A DNA stretch of 64,000 nucleotides from a virus. Position numbers and translations under genes: made by a program. The DNA is taken from positions 1 to 64,000 of IMG/VR virus record IMGVR_UViG_3300047472_000237. The stretch is one strand, 5' to 3'. The notes under the pieces are model-generated. The model was not told where the DNA came from, did not search any database, and worked only from the letters and a program-made list of their open reading frames with translations. Below are positions 8,152 through 17,023 of this stretch, piece by piece. Position 1 is the stretch's first letter, and the number at the start of each line of letters is the position of its first letter.

Positions 8152-8433
8152 ATGGAACGAATCACCGCTACCTTCCGCTCGGATACCGCTACGCTAACGC
8201 TCGCCCGCGTTCCCGCGCCTACCGGCCCCGCCCGCGTAGCCGTGAAGGTAGTGGACGAGGACGGCAAAACGAACGAGGAGACCTTCGAGGTCGGCGCTGA
8301 TCGCGACAAGCGGTGGAGCGACGCGATGAAGGTAGCTTCGTGGGTCTACGGGAATCGTAAGGGCCGACCGAACTGCACGACCAGCGAGGTCGCGTGGATT
8401 CGGGACGAGATGGCGACCTACGCCGGCCTGTGA
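8152..8433 (+). CDS. Hypothetical protein
   Basis: TTGGCG(8113)-17-TATCTT-tcgtgtacct-ATG. Confidence 0.7.
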   Translation: MERITATFRSDTATLTLARVPAPTGPARVAVKVVDEDGKTNEETFEVGADRDKRWSDAMKVASWVYGNRKGRPNCTTSEVAWIRDEMATYAGL

Positions 8434-8459
8434 ACCCGTTGGAGCAGAACGAACTAGGG

Positions 8460-8492
8460 AAGCCGCCGGCCTAACCGCCGCGCGGCTTTCTT
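8460..8492 (+). terminator. Intrinsic terminator closing the early region
   Basis: AAGCCGC-CGGC-loop-GCCG-c-GCGGCTT then TCTT. Confidence 0.55.
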
Positions 8493-9520
8493 ACAGGACG
8501 GTCGTATTGTTACCGGACGTTGGTTGCCCGCTAGGGAAGGCGGTTCGCTGGGGTAGCCGCGCCGTAGGCCGCCCGCCCTACGCCTTCTGCCCTACGCTGG
8601 AGCTCGCCGTTGCTACGGCCTGGGGTACTGGCCGCCTGGGCGTTCCCGGCCCGCCTGGGGTACACCGCCGGGCGTGGAGCGGCATTCATTTTTTGCGTCA
8701 CAAAGTCGCGAGCACGCACCCGACTCCTTATTATCACCCGGCTTCCCTGCTCCAACGGGTCGTTTTGGCCTCCAAACGGGCGTTTTCAGGGTGTTTTCGG
8801 CCTATTTCAGCTGTAAGAACAGCTGGAATCAAGCCTTCTGCTGGAGACAAGGAGCCAAGGGGAGCTCGAGGAGGGGTTGATACAGGTGGAGGAGCTCTCC
8901 TCGAGGTCGGCCAGGTCGTTCACTCTCCCCTGCTCCATTCGACAGAGGAGCTCCACGCGATTCAACCAAGGGAGAGGCTTCACCTGGCTCTGGGCCTCCC
9001 TTGCTCCACTGAATCAACTATCGCTGGGCTCCTTCCCTCCATCGTACTGCTTCATTGAGTCCACTCAACTGCTCCACCTCGAGCTCCAACAGTCTCTAGG
9101 ATTCCTGGGGATTCACAGGGTTCACGCCATCGAGGTCCACCTGCCGCGCGGCATGCCGAGGTGAATCACTCCCTCCATTCGTTCACTCACTGGCTCCACC
9201 CTAGTGTCTGATAATGGGCATTACGTTACACACATAGTGGAGCGAGTGAGCCAGGTGGACTTCCGCGACTGCTTCCACCTCCACCCGCTTCACCAAACGT
9301 TTGATCTCCAATGAGCCGGGGAGGGGTTCCCGCACGGCGCAGAGGCGAGCGTCGTCCACTTTCTCAGCCCTCTCGCGTGTTTGTGAGTTGAAGGGCCTGC
9401 ATCTGGCCCAGGCGGGCCGGCCGCGATCGTGGAGAGGAGTGGTCGACTTCGGACACTCATCTCAACGAGTCTGGCTGAGTACGCGGAAGTTCAGTAGTTG
9501 GAAAGAGTTACTCAAAATAC

Positions 9521-9540
9521 TCTTCTTCTTAAGAAGAAGA
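9521..9540. repeat. Perfect 20-bp AT-rich palindrome
   Basis: TCTTCTTCTT|AAGAAGAAGA in the long non-coding region. Confidence 0.9.
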
Positions 9541-9843
9541 AGAGAAGTATAGGAGTTCGGTGTTTAAGAACCCCTCCCCGTCCCCCTTCCTACCACATAC
9601 CCCCTACCCTCGCGAATTGCGGCTGCCCTCCTGGGCGAGAGCAACCGCCCCAAACCGTCTCGAAACTCTGCATTCACCAGGGATTGCGCCTGCTCAGCCA
9701 CCCCCGGTCGGCTCTGAGTCAAAACGGCCGGCTGAGTCAGATCCAGGCCGCGCCAGCCTCCACCAGGGTCAATTCCGCAGAAAATCGATCCCCCAGCGTG
9801 AAAGTGGCTTGCCTTTGCGTAGCAGCCGGAGAGAATCAGGGCC

Positions 9844-10353
9844 ATGGACATTACCCAGAAGAAATCGTTGATCAAAGCCGCGTCCGAAGCCGCCTTCGCA
9901 GCCTACACGGCCGCGCAGGGCGAACACGAGACGGCTTCCCGTAACCTCGTGGAGCTCAAAGGACAGCTGGCGAACCCGCCGGAAGTCGGCCCGCTCCCGC
10001 CGCGCGTCGCGGAGATCCAGGCCGAGCTCGCCCGCCTCGACCAGGCGAACGAACTGGCGAAGGCACCCTTCGTCGCTGAGCTCGCCACCTTCGGTGAGGT
10101 TCTCGACGCCGCCAAGACGGCGAAGAAGAGCCGCAACGGGGCCTACACCACGGCCATCGCGACTTCCAAGCGTGCCCGCGCGAAGAAACTTGCCTTGAAG
10201 AAGCAGTGGGATACCCTTCGGAAGCAGTACAACGACGCGGCCGGCAAGGGCATCGTGCCCGACGCGGTCGTCGAGTTCGTCCCCTACGTGGAGCCGACGA
10301 CGACTCCGACGGAAAACGATGGCCAAGGCACCCCCAACAACAGCGGCACCTGA
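9844..10353 (+). CDS. Hypothetical coiled-coil protein
   Basis: TTGCCT(9809)-16-GAGAAT-7 nt-ATG; Ala/Lys-rich helical sequence. Confidence 0.7.
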   Translation: MDITQKKSLIKAASEAAFAAYTAAQGEHETASRNLVELKGQLANPPEVGPLPPRVAEIQAELARLDQANELAKAPFVAELATFGEVLDAAKTAKKSRNGAYTTAIATSKRARAKKLALKKQWDTLRKQYNDAAGKGIVPDAVVEFVPYVEPTTTPTENDGQGTPNNSGT

Positions 10354-10570
10354 TCTCGAACCCGTCTACAACGAGGCATTGGCCTGGCTCGCGGAGGTAT
10401 CCCGAGTCAGGCCGATTCCCGTTGCTGTCAAGGCGTATTTCTTCAACGTAGCGTCCGAGGAACTCGCTGAGTACCGAAAGGGCAAGCGAGAAGCCGCCAA
10501 CGAGTTGAGACGAAAACGGCTCGGACAGGCCCGGAGAAATGGGCGAAATGCCGGAAAACGGGCTCAGTGA
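10319..10570 (+). CDS. Hypothetical protein
   Basis: Fills the gap before terS; 35-nt overlap with the upstream gene. Confidence 0.4.
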   Translation: MAKAPPTTAAPDLEPVYNEALAWLAEVSRVRPIPVAVKAYFFNVASEELAEYRKGKREAANELRRKRLGQARRNGRNAGKRAQ

Positions 10571-10665
10571 GCTTTTTGCGGCTTTCGCCGATGTATCCGT
10601 GACAGTCGCCTCTCTTTTCAAGCGACCGCGTGCCATTTCGCACGCGGTCGCTTATCATTTGGGGC

Positions 10666-11289
10666 ATGGACGACGGCAGCGAGATCATCGAAGGCGAAGA
10701 CGAGGTCGACCAGACGACCGAGTTGGCCCTGCTCAAGCCGGCCCCGCTCCCTGCGGCCCTGAAGAACCGCCGCGCCAGGGTGCGGGCGGAAGACGTCACG
10801 GTCGAGCACGTCGAGCGTTTCCTTCAGCATCTCGCCACTTCTGGCCTGTATCATGAGTCGAGTCGCACCTGCGGCCTCGCCCCAAGCACGATCGCACGTC
10901 TCCGCAAGGAGGAGCCTGAGTTCCAGGCCATGTGCGACGAGTCCATGGACGAGTACAAGGACTCCCTCGTCAGGGCGGCCCACAGCCGCGCGGTCGAGGG
11001 GTGGGAAGAGCCGGTCTTCTCCTCCAAGCACGGCGGAGAGATCGGTACGATCCGGAAATTCGACTCGCGACTGCTGGAACTGCTTCTCAAGCGTCATATG
11101 CCAGAGTTTCGCGAAAAGTTCGAGGGCGAGCTCAAGGTCAGTGGTGGCGTGCTCGTGGCCCCGATCCCGGCGACGAACATGGCCGATTGGATGGCAAAGC
11201 ACCAAGAAGCGACGTGGGAAGCTCAGGCCAAGCCGGACTTGGTCGAGCCAGACGCGCCGGCGGAGCCTTCTGGGCCAGTTTCGCCCTGA
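10666..11289 (+). CDS. Terminase small subunit
   Basis: HTH-like N-terminus; 'AHSRAVEGWEEPVF...IRKFDSRLLELLLKRHMPEFRE' is a typical terS pattern; upstream of terL. Start placed at the ATG 7 nt after TATCAT. Confidence 0.8.
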   Translation: MDDGSEIIEGEDEVDQTTELALLKPAPLPAALKNRRARVRAEDVTVEHVERFLQHLATSGLYHESSRTCGLAPSTIARLRKEEPEFQAMCDESMDEYKDSLVRAAHSRAVEGWEEPVFSSKHGGEIGTIRKFDSRLLELLLKRHMPEFREKFEGELKVSGGVLVAPIPATNMADWMAKHQEATWEAQAKPDLVEPDAPAEPSGPVSP

Positions 11290-11331
11290 AATGGCCTTGC
11301 CTTTCGTTCACTGGGCGGGGAAACTTCGCTC

Positions 11332-11844
11332 ATGGCCGACGAAATCACTCCCCCTGATGAGACGCCGGACGAAATTCCGGAGATCATCGAAGAAAAGCCG
11401 GTTCCGGCCCCCGAGACTCCTCCGTTCGCGGATGGACCGCCGATAACGGTCGACATGCTTGACGGCCACGAAGGCCCCATCATGCGGATGACCTTCATTG
11501 GCAAGGGCAGCGGTGCCATCGGCGTCGAGAGCGAGTTTCTCATCCCGCTGACCGGCGCGGCCCTGATGTCTGTCTTCAAAACGTCGATCCAGGGCCTCAT
11601 CGCGACGTCGCTGGAGGTTGGCACGAGCATGGGGGCCACTCCCGACCAGGTCATGACGGCCATCGGCCTCGACCGCTACAGCGAGCAGCCCGATGACGAG
11701 GGCGACGCGGAAGACGAAATCGACGGCGACGAAGTCGTTGATTTTGTCGACCCCGTAGAGGCTGGCGAGATCATCGACGGCGAAATCATCAGCGGCAACG
11801 ACGTGGACGAGACCGGCGGCCCCCAAACTGACCCAGGAGACTGA
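11332..11844 (+). CDS. Acidic hypothetical protein
   Basis: TTGCCT(11297)-17-GAAACT-6 nt-ATG. Confidence 0.7.
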   Translation: MADEITPPDETPDEIPEIIEEKPVPAPETPPFADGPPITVDMLDGHEGPIMRMTFIGKGSGAIGVESEFLIPLTGAALMSVFKTSIQGLIATSLEVGTSMGATPDQVMTAIGLDRYSEQPDDEGDAEDEIDGDEVVDFVDPVEAGEIIDGEIISGNDVDETGGPQTDPGD

Positions 11845-11847
11845 TCT

Positions 11848-11934
11848 GCGGGGGTAGTTTAATCGAGAAAACGGCCTGACGGGCGGGCAATAGCCTACGT
11901 CTGGGTCTTGTGGGTTCAAGTCCCGCTCCCTGCG
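11848..11934 (+). ncRNA. tRNA-like RNA with elongated anticodon arm
   Basis: Acceptor GCGGGGG/TCCCTGC, D arm GTTT-AATCGAGA-AAAC, T arm GTGGG-TTCAAGT-CCCGC; anticodon arm replaced by a ~35-nt hairpin. Confidence 0.7.
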
Positions 11935-11951
11935 TTTTGTAAGGACACACA

Positions 11952-13502
11952 ATGGCGAAGAGAAACGTAATCACCCAGACTCAGCTGTTCGCGATGGACG
12001 CGGGCGGCGTCAAGGTCACCACCTTCGACGGCAGCGGCATCGTCGAGGCGACCATCACTCTCCCGCTCGAGAACATCGACCAGGTCGAGCTCGGGGAACA
12101 CGGGTGGGTGCTGCGTCAGGACGGCACGCACGTCGACGGCACCGTCGAGACGTTCCCGTACGAGCCGACCAAGCACACCGGCCGCACCTACGGCCCCGGC
12201 GAGTGGCCGCTCAAGGACGTCAAGCACCCGCTCGGACCGCCCGGCCCGTCGAACCACCAGGTCACGAACAGCGGCGGCGAGGACGGGGCACCCGGTGTGG
12301 TCGTTTTCTCCGCTCCGACGACGGGCAAGCTGGAGGACGAGCAGGCGCGGGGCCGCGTGCTGCGTCCCACGGCTCACAAGTGCGACATGATGTGTGGCTG
12401 CATCGACGGCGAGACCCCACCGGAAGTGCAGAACGCCGTGGCCGCCATCGCGGTCGATCTCTTGACCAACGTCGTGGCGAACGGAGACGGCACGTTTACG
12501 ACGTCCGGCTACCCGCTTCCGCCGCAGTACGCTGAGAGCGAGCGGCGTGCCGCCCTGGAGGAAGAGGAGATCGCCAACGACAAGCGCGTCAGCCTGACCC
12601 AGGCCCCGGTCGACCACGCCAAGGACGAGCCGGAGCTCCCGCCCGTTGGCTGGAGCTATGGCGGCGGCTTCGAGGAGACGGAAGCAGCCGCGCTCGCTGA
12701 CGCCGAGACCTTCCTGGGCGACCCGTACCGCCCGCGTGAGCCTGTCGACCTTGACGCCGTCCGCGTCGAGATCACCGACCATGATGGTGAGGCTGACCCG
12801 CGTGACGGTTCAGCTCATCTATCCCAGATCAAGGAGCCTGGCCTGCTGCTCGAGCGGATCAAGGCCGGCCTGGAGGCTGGGGAAGCCGACGGACAGACCG
12901 AGGACGTCCACGTCTTCCGCACCCACGGCCTGACCGAGACGGAAGTCGCGGCGTTCACTCAGATCCCCGGCGCGAAGTGGATCAAGTCCACCAACGTCGT
13001 GCTTGTGCCCGTGAAGAGCATGTCGGCCGGCATGGCCGAGCTCATGCAGCGCGGCCTGTCACACCGACGGTTCCAGGCACGCGGGCCGGTCACGGTCAAG
13101 GTGACCCCGCCCAACATCCAGGACATGCCCAAGTCCGCCATCGGCGACCGCCTCCGCGCGGCCCTCCGGGGCGAGACCACGAGCTCGACCAACCCCACGC
13201 CCACCCACGAGCACAGCACGCCCGAAGGCTTCGCCCAAGGCGTCCTCGACCTCGTCCGCAACCGGGGCGGCGACTACGGCACGCCGGCCCAGAACCACCA
13301 ACTGACCGCCGACCTGATGTCGGCGTTCCTGAGCCGCAAGGCCCGTCAGACTATCACGATCACAGCGGAGGACGTCTGTATGTTCAACATCCTCCAGAAG
13401 ATCTCGAGGCTTGCGTACACGAGCAAGGACGACAGCTACGCGGACATTGCCGGCTACGTGGAGAACGTGGCCATGCTTCGCCCTGATCAACGTGCACGCT
13501 GA
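11952..13502 (+). CDS. Multidomain protein with C-terminal DUF6378-like (all-alpha nucleotide pyrophosphatase-like) domain
   Basis: AAGGA RBS; C-terminal 'RGGDYGTPAQNHQLTADLMSAFL...EDVCMFNILQKISRL...DSYADIAGY'. Confidence 0.7.
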   Translation: MAKRNVITQTQLFAMDAGGVKVTTFDGSGIVEATITLPLENIDQVELGEHGWVLRQDGTHVDGTVETFPYEPTKHTGRTYGPGEWPLKDVKHPLGPPGPSNHQVTNSGGEDGAPGVVVFSAPTTGKLEDEQARGRVLRPTAHKCDMMCGCIDGETPPEVQNAVAAIAVDLLTNVVANGDGTFTTSGYPLPPQYAESERRAALEEEEIANDKRVSLTQAPVDHAKDEPELPPVGWSYGGGFEETEAAALADAETFLGDPYRPREPVDLDAVRVEITDHDGEADPRDGSAHLSQIKEPGLLLERIKAGLEAGEADGQTEDVHVFRTHGLTETEVAAFTQIPGAKWIKSTNVVLVPVKSMSAGMAELMQRGLSHRRFQARGPVTVKVTPPNIQDMPKSAIGDRLRAALRGETTSSTNPTPTHEHSTPEGFAQGVLDLVRNRGGDYGTPAQNHQLTADLMSAFLSRKARQTITITAEDVCMFNILQKISRLAYTSKDDSYADIAGYVENVAMLRPDQRAR

Positions 13503-13645
13503 GAAATGAGCGCGGTGGACCCATTGTAGGGTGCTCCGCTAAAAACTGGTTCAGGTAAGGGTTTCCCCTTGCTTCCGATAGGGGGCCACGGCACAATGCC
13601 GTGGTCGACTGCGGGAGTTAGCAACGCCCGCAATCGAGGTACGCA

Positions 13646-14008
13646 GTGGAAGACAGAAAGTCGAAGTTGCCGGTCAAGAGGATCATCACGGGCCAGGCCG
13701 ACACGGAAGTGCGCGTCCTGCTCAAGATGGACGATGTGACCAAGAAAGCCTGGGTGGAAGTGGGGGTCTGCTCCCTCGTCCGCCCCGGCCTCATCGGATG
13801 GCTCAAGGTCGACGCGAACAGTCAACGCCTCACTGAGGACGTTCGGCGGGCAGCGGAGTTGATCGCAATGAGCCAGTGTGCGGACTACAGCGACGGGCAC
13901 AACCCGCCTGCTGTCGCCCGCGCGGCCGAGGCAGCTTTGAAAGACGTGATGGCGAAGGCCGACCGTGCGAACAAACGCATCGTCAGTCTCCCAGGGGGTG
14001 GGGCGTGA
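13646..14008 (+). CDS. Hypothetical protein
   Basis: GAGGT RBS before GTG; promoter TTGCTT(13569)-17-CACAAT. Confidence 0.65.
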   Translation: MEDRKSKLPVKRIITGQADTEVRVLLKMDDVTKKAWVEVGVCSLVRPGLIGWLKVDANSQRLTEDVRRAAELIAMSQCADYSDGHNPPAVARAAEAALKDVMAKADRANKRIVSLPGGGA

Positions 14009-14448
14009 GCCGAGGAGAACCACCCCGTCCTGAGTTCGTCAGTCACGTGCTTGAGGTGGCATACACGACCGGCGCAGTGCTCGTGGAAGCATTCGTCTGT
14101 CCGGCTTGCCATCTCCGGCAATTGTCGTGCCATCTTTGGTGCGAAACCCTGAGTTGCCGTGATCCACAATGCTCGGGACGTCTCCCGAGTAAGGTGTCAC
14201 GGCCGCCTCAGCCAGGTGAGGTCTCGCTGGAGTCCCTGGAGCTCGCGATGAAGACGCTTCGCGAGACATACGAGAACCAACAGCGCGTGGAACTCCCACC
14301 GCTAACGGCTGAGGAAGTCGCTGTGCTTCCTGTGGACGTGAAGTTGCTGCTTGCACGGCAGTCGGTCGCTGCTTCCCAGCATGTGCTGGTCAAAGCGGCG
14401 GCCTTGTCCGAAGAAATGGTGAAACTTCATGCCCCACACGAATCGTAA
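14005..14448 (+). CDS. Cys-rich (Zn-finger-like) hypothetical protein
   Basis: GTGA overlap with the upstream stop; CPAC...CRDPQC. Confidence 0.55.
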   Translation: MSRGEPPRPEFVSHVLEVAYTTGAVLVEAFVCPACHLRQLSCHLWCETLSCRDPQCSGRLPSKVSRPPQPGEVSLESLELAMKTLRETYENQQRVELPPLTAEEVAVLPVDVKLLLARQSVAASQHVLVKAAALSEEMVKLHAPHES

Positions 14449-14749
14449 TCGCTCATCCAAGATCTCTGCTAAAACTGTCGGCGACTGCACGGTCACCGAG
14501 CTCATGGACGCCCTGACCGCGCGGTGTCCCGCTTGCGTGATCGCCCTCCAGCGGCCGGAGGACGGCAACGAGGTCTCGACGATTACGCTCCTGGAAGGCA
14601 ACCGAGCCACCAACCTGGGCCTCGCCACGCTGCTCCAGACTATGGCGAAGAAGAAACTGGTGGAAGCCGCGACCCCGACGGTCGACGACCAGCCCGACGA
14701 CCTCAGCGGTCAGGACCAAGACGATGACGACGCCAGCGAACCCGGATAA
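14429..14749 (+). CDS. Hypothetical protein
   Basis: Contiguous tiling, typical codon usage. Confidence 0.55.
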   Translation: MPHTNRNRSSKISAKTVGDCTVTELMDALTARCPACVIALQRPEDGNEVSTITLLEGNRATNLGLATLLQTMAKKKLVEAATPTVDDQPDDLSGQDQDDDDASEPG

Positions 14750-15041
14750 GGAATCCGAGAAACAAGCCAAAGCGGCTGCCCGCCGCCCTGTGCTCGAGCG
14801 GATGGTCGAAAGACTCCGCTCGAGCCGCCGCATTCGGGACAAGGGTCAACGCGAGCCGAATTGGTTGATGGAAGAGACAGATCTCCTTGCCCCGCTGGTG
14901 ATAAACCTCCAGAATAGAACCATGGGACTCACCCAGGCGGTCAACGCGGCCAAGCCGCACCTGCCCCGGCGGTCCATTTTCGCGATTCGGCAGCGGCTGA
15001 TTATCCTGAGGAAGAATGCCCAGCGTCCAAACAACAGCTAA
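14724..15041 (+). CDS. Basic hypothetical protein
   Basis: Contiguous tiling before terL. Confidence 0.45.
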   Translation: MTTPANPDKESEKQAKAAARRPVLERMVERLRSSRRIRDKGQREPNWLMEETDLLAPLVINLQNRTMGLTQAVNAAKPHLPRRSIFAIRQRLIILRKNAQRPNNS

Positions 15042-16542
15042 CGGCGTCGTGTGGAAAGAGCAGAACGGCTCGCTCATGCCGTTCATCGACGGCAAGAACG
15101 TGACGTGGGCTCCGCAGCCTGGCTCTCAGGCCGCCTTCCTCGAATGCCCCGCGTACGAAGTGCTCTACGAAGGGACGCGCGGCCCCGGCAAGACGGACGC
15201 CCTCCTCATGGACTTCGCGCAGCACGTCGGGCACGGCTACGGCCCCGACTGGCGCGGCGTCCTCTTTCGACAAACCTTCCCAGAACTCTCCGACGTCATC
15301 CAGAAGTCGAAGAAGTGGTTCAAGCTCATCTGGCCGAAGGCCGAGTTCAACGAAGCCAAGACCATGTGGACGTTCCCCGAGGGGGAGCAACTCATGTTCC
15401 GTCAGTTCCGTGTCGAAGACGACTATTGGTCGTATCACGGCCACGCGTACCCCTGGATCGCGTGGGAAGAATTGACGACGTGGGCCGACGCGAAGTGTTA
15501 CAAGGTGATGATGTCCTGTTCGCGTTCGACGCGGCCAGGCATGCCGCGTAAGTACCGCGCCACCACGAACCCGTACGGCGTCGGACACAACTGGGTCAAG
15601 ACCCGCTTCGGCCTTCCGTGCCCGCCCGGCAAGATCTTCGGCAAGCTGGTCATCGAGAAGGACGACCAGGGCAACACCCTGCCCGAACGCATGGCGATCA
15701 AGGGCCACATCAGCGAGAACAAGATTCTGTTGCACGCGGATCCGGGGTACATCCAACGTATCCGTGGTGCCGCGCGCAACGAGTCGGAGCTCGCGGCCTG
15801 GCTCGACGGCTCGTGGGACATCGTGGCCGGCGGCATGTTCGACGACGCGTGGCAGCCGAAGTACCACGTGCTGCCTGACCTGAACGCGAACATGATCCCG
15901 CGCGGCTGGAAGATCGTCCGCAGCTACGATCACGGCCAGTCGAAGCCGTTCTCGTATGGTCTGTGGGCCGTCAGCAACGGGGAGCCGATCACGCTGAGCT
16001 TCAGCGGCACCAACCGCAAGCAGATCATCGGCGCGATCAAGGGCGACGCCATCCGCATCTTCGAGTGGTACGGCTTCAACGGAGTGCCCAACGAGGGCAA
16101 ACGTCTCACTGCAATCGAGATCGCCCAGGGCATTCTCGAGCGAGAACGAGACTGGGGTCTGGTCGGCCGCGTCAGAATGGGCGTCGCCGACTCGGCCATC
16201 TTCACCGACTACGAACCCGGCCACTCGGTCGCCGGCGACATGGCTCGGATGGGAGTTCGATGGTATCCGGCTGACAAGGGCGCTGGCAGCCGCGCCCAAG
16301 GCTGGATGCAATGCCGAACGTGGCTCAAAAACTCTTGTCCGCCAGCTGGTGGTGTGCGAGAGTTCCCAGGGCTATTCGTGTGTGCCCGTTGCGACCAGTT
16401 CTTGCGGACGTTCCCGGTTCTGCCTCGCGACTCGAAGAATCTCGACGATGTCGATACGGACGCCGAAGACCACATCGGCGACGAGGTTCGATACTTCCTC
16501 CGCCGCGAGCGGATGGAAATGACCAAGTCCAAGTTCAAATGA
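15016..16542 (+). CDS. terL: Terminase large subunit
   Basis: Walker A 'EGTRGPGKT', Walker B 'IAWEEL', coupling motif 'ATTNPYG', nuclease residues 'SYDHG', 'ADS', 'EDHIGDEVRY'. Confidence 0.95.
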   Translation: MPSVQTTANGVVWKEQNGSLMPFIDGKNVTWAPQPGSQAAFLECPAYEVLYEGTRGPGKTDALLMDFAQHVGHGYGPDWRGVLFRQTFPELSDVIQKSKKWFKLIWPKAEFNEAKTMWTFPEGEQLMFRQFRVEDDYWSYHGHAYPWIAWEELTTWADAKCYKVMMSCSRSTRPGMPRKYRATTNPYGVGHNWVKTRFGLPCPPGKIFGKLVIEKDDQGNTLPERMAIKGHISENKILLHADPGYIQRIRGAARNESELAAWLDGSWDIVAGGMFDDAWQPKYHVLPDLNANMIPRGWKIVRSYDHGQSKPFSYGLWAVSNGEPITLSFSGTNRKQIIGAIKGDAIRIFEWYGFNGVPNEGKRLTAIEIAQGILERERDWGLVGRVRMGVADSAIFTDYEPGHSVAGDMARMGVRWYPADKGAGSRAQGWMQCRTWLKNSCPPAGGVREFPGLFVCARCDQFLRTFPVLPRDSKNLDDVDTDAEDHIGDEVRYFLRRERMEMTKSKFK

Positions 16543-16985
16543 AGACGAAGATCTGCTCTCACGGAGAATGCCAGCTGGCCGGAAGGCACCAGCCGCTGGA
16601 GTCATTCTCCTTGCAGGCTCGCTCAAGAGACGGACGGAGCTCCAACTGCAAGGGGTGCGTCGCTCGAGAAAGAGACAAACCCGAGAACATTCGAAGGATG
16701 CTCTGGCTCATGGCCCGGCTCCGCGCGAAGAAGCGAGGAGTCCCGTTCTCCATCAAGGTTGATGAGATTGTGATCCCCGAGAGATGCCCGGCGCTGGGAA
16801 TCAAGCTCAGCCGGGGACGCCGCTCGCCGATGGGTCACTCCCCGTCGCTCGACCGCATTGTGCCTTCCCTGGGCTACGTCACAGGGAACATCATCGTGGT
16901 GAGCATGAAGGCCAACCTGATCAAGCAGGATGCGAACCCGGCGGAACTCATGAGAGTCGCGAAGTTCTACGCCAAGCTGAAATGA
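16539..16985 (+). CDS. HNH-type endonuclease
   Basis: N-terminal Zn finger (C...C...CKGC); 'SPSLDRIVPSLGYVTGNIIVVSMKANLIK'; inserted between terL and portal. Confidence 0.8.
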   Translation: MKTKICSHGECQLAGRHQPLESFSLQARSRDGRSSNCKGCVARERDKPENIRRMLWLMARLRAKKRGVPFSIKVDEIVIPERCPALGIKLSRGRRSPMGHSPSLDRIVPSLGYVTGNIIVVSMKANLIKQDANPAELMRVAKFYAKLK

Positions 16986-17023
16986 TACAGTCGCCGGTGA
17001 AGACCGGCACTATCATTTACGCT

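Noticed and set aside
2168-8152. CRISPR array suggested by the recurring repeats
   Set aside because: No constant 25-45 bp repeat with uniform spacers and no cas genes; the recurring ~40-mers are promoters separated by whole genes.
13503-13645. Separate ncRNA in the hairpin-rich gap after the 516-aa gene
   Set aside because: Only short local hairpins with no closing stem; one overlaps a promoter and is covered by the late-promoter finding.
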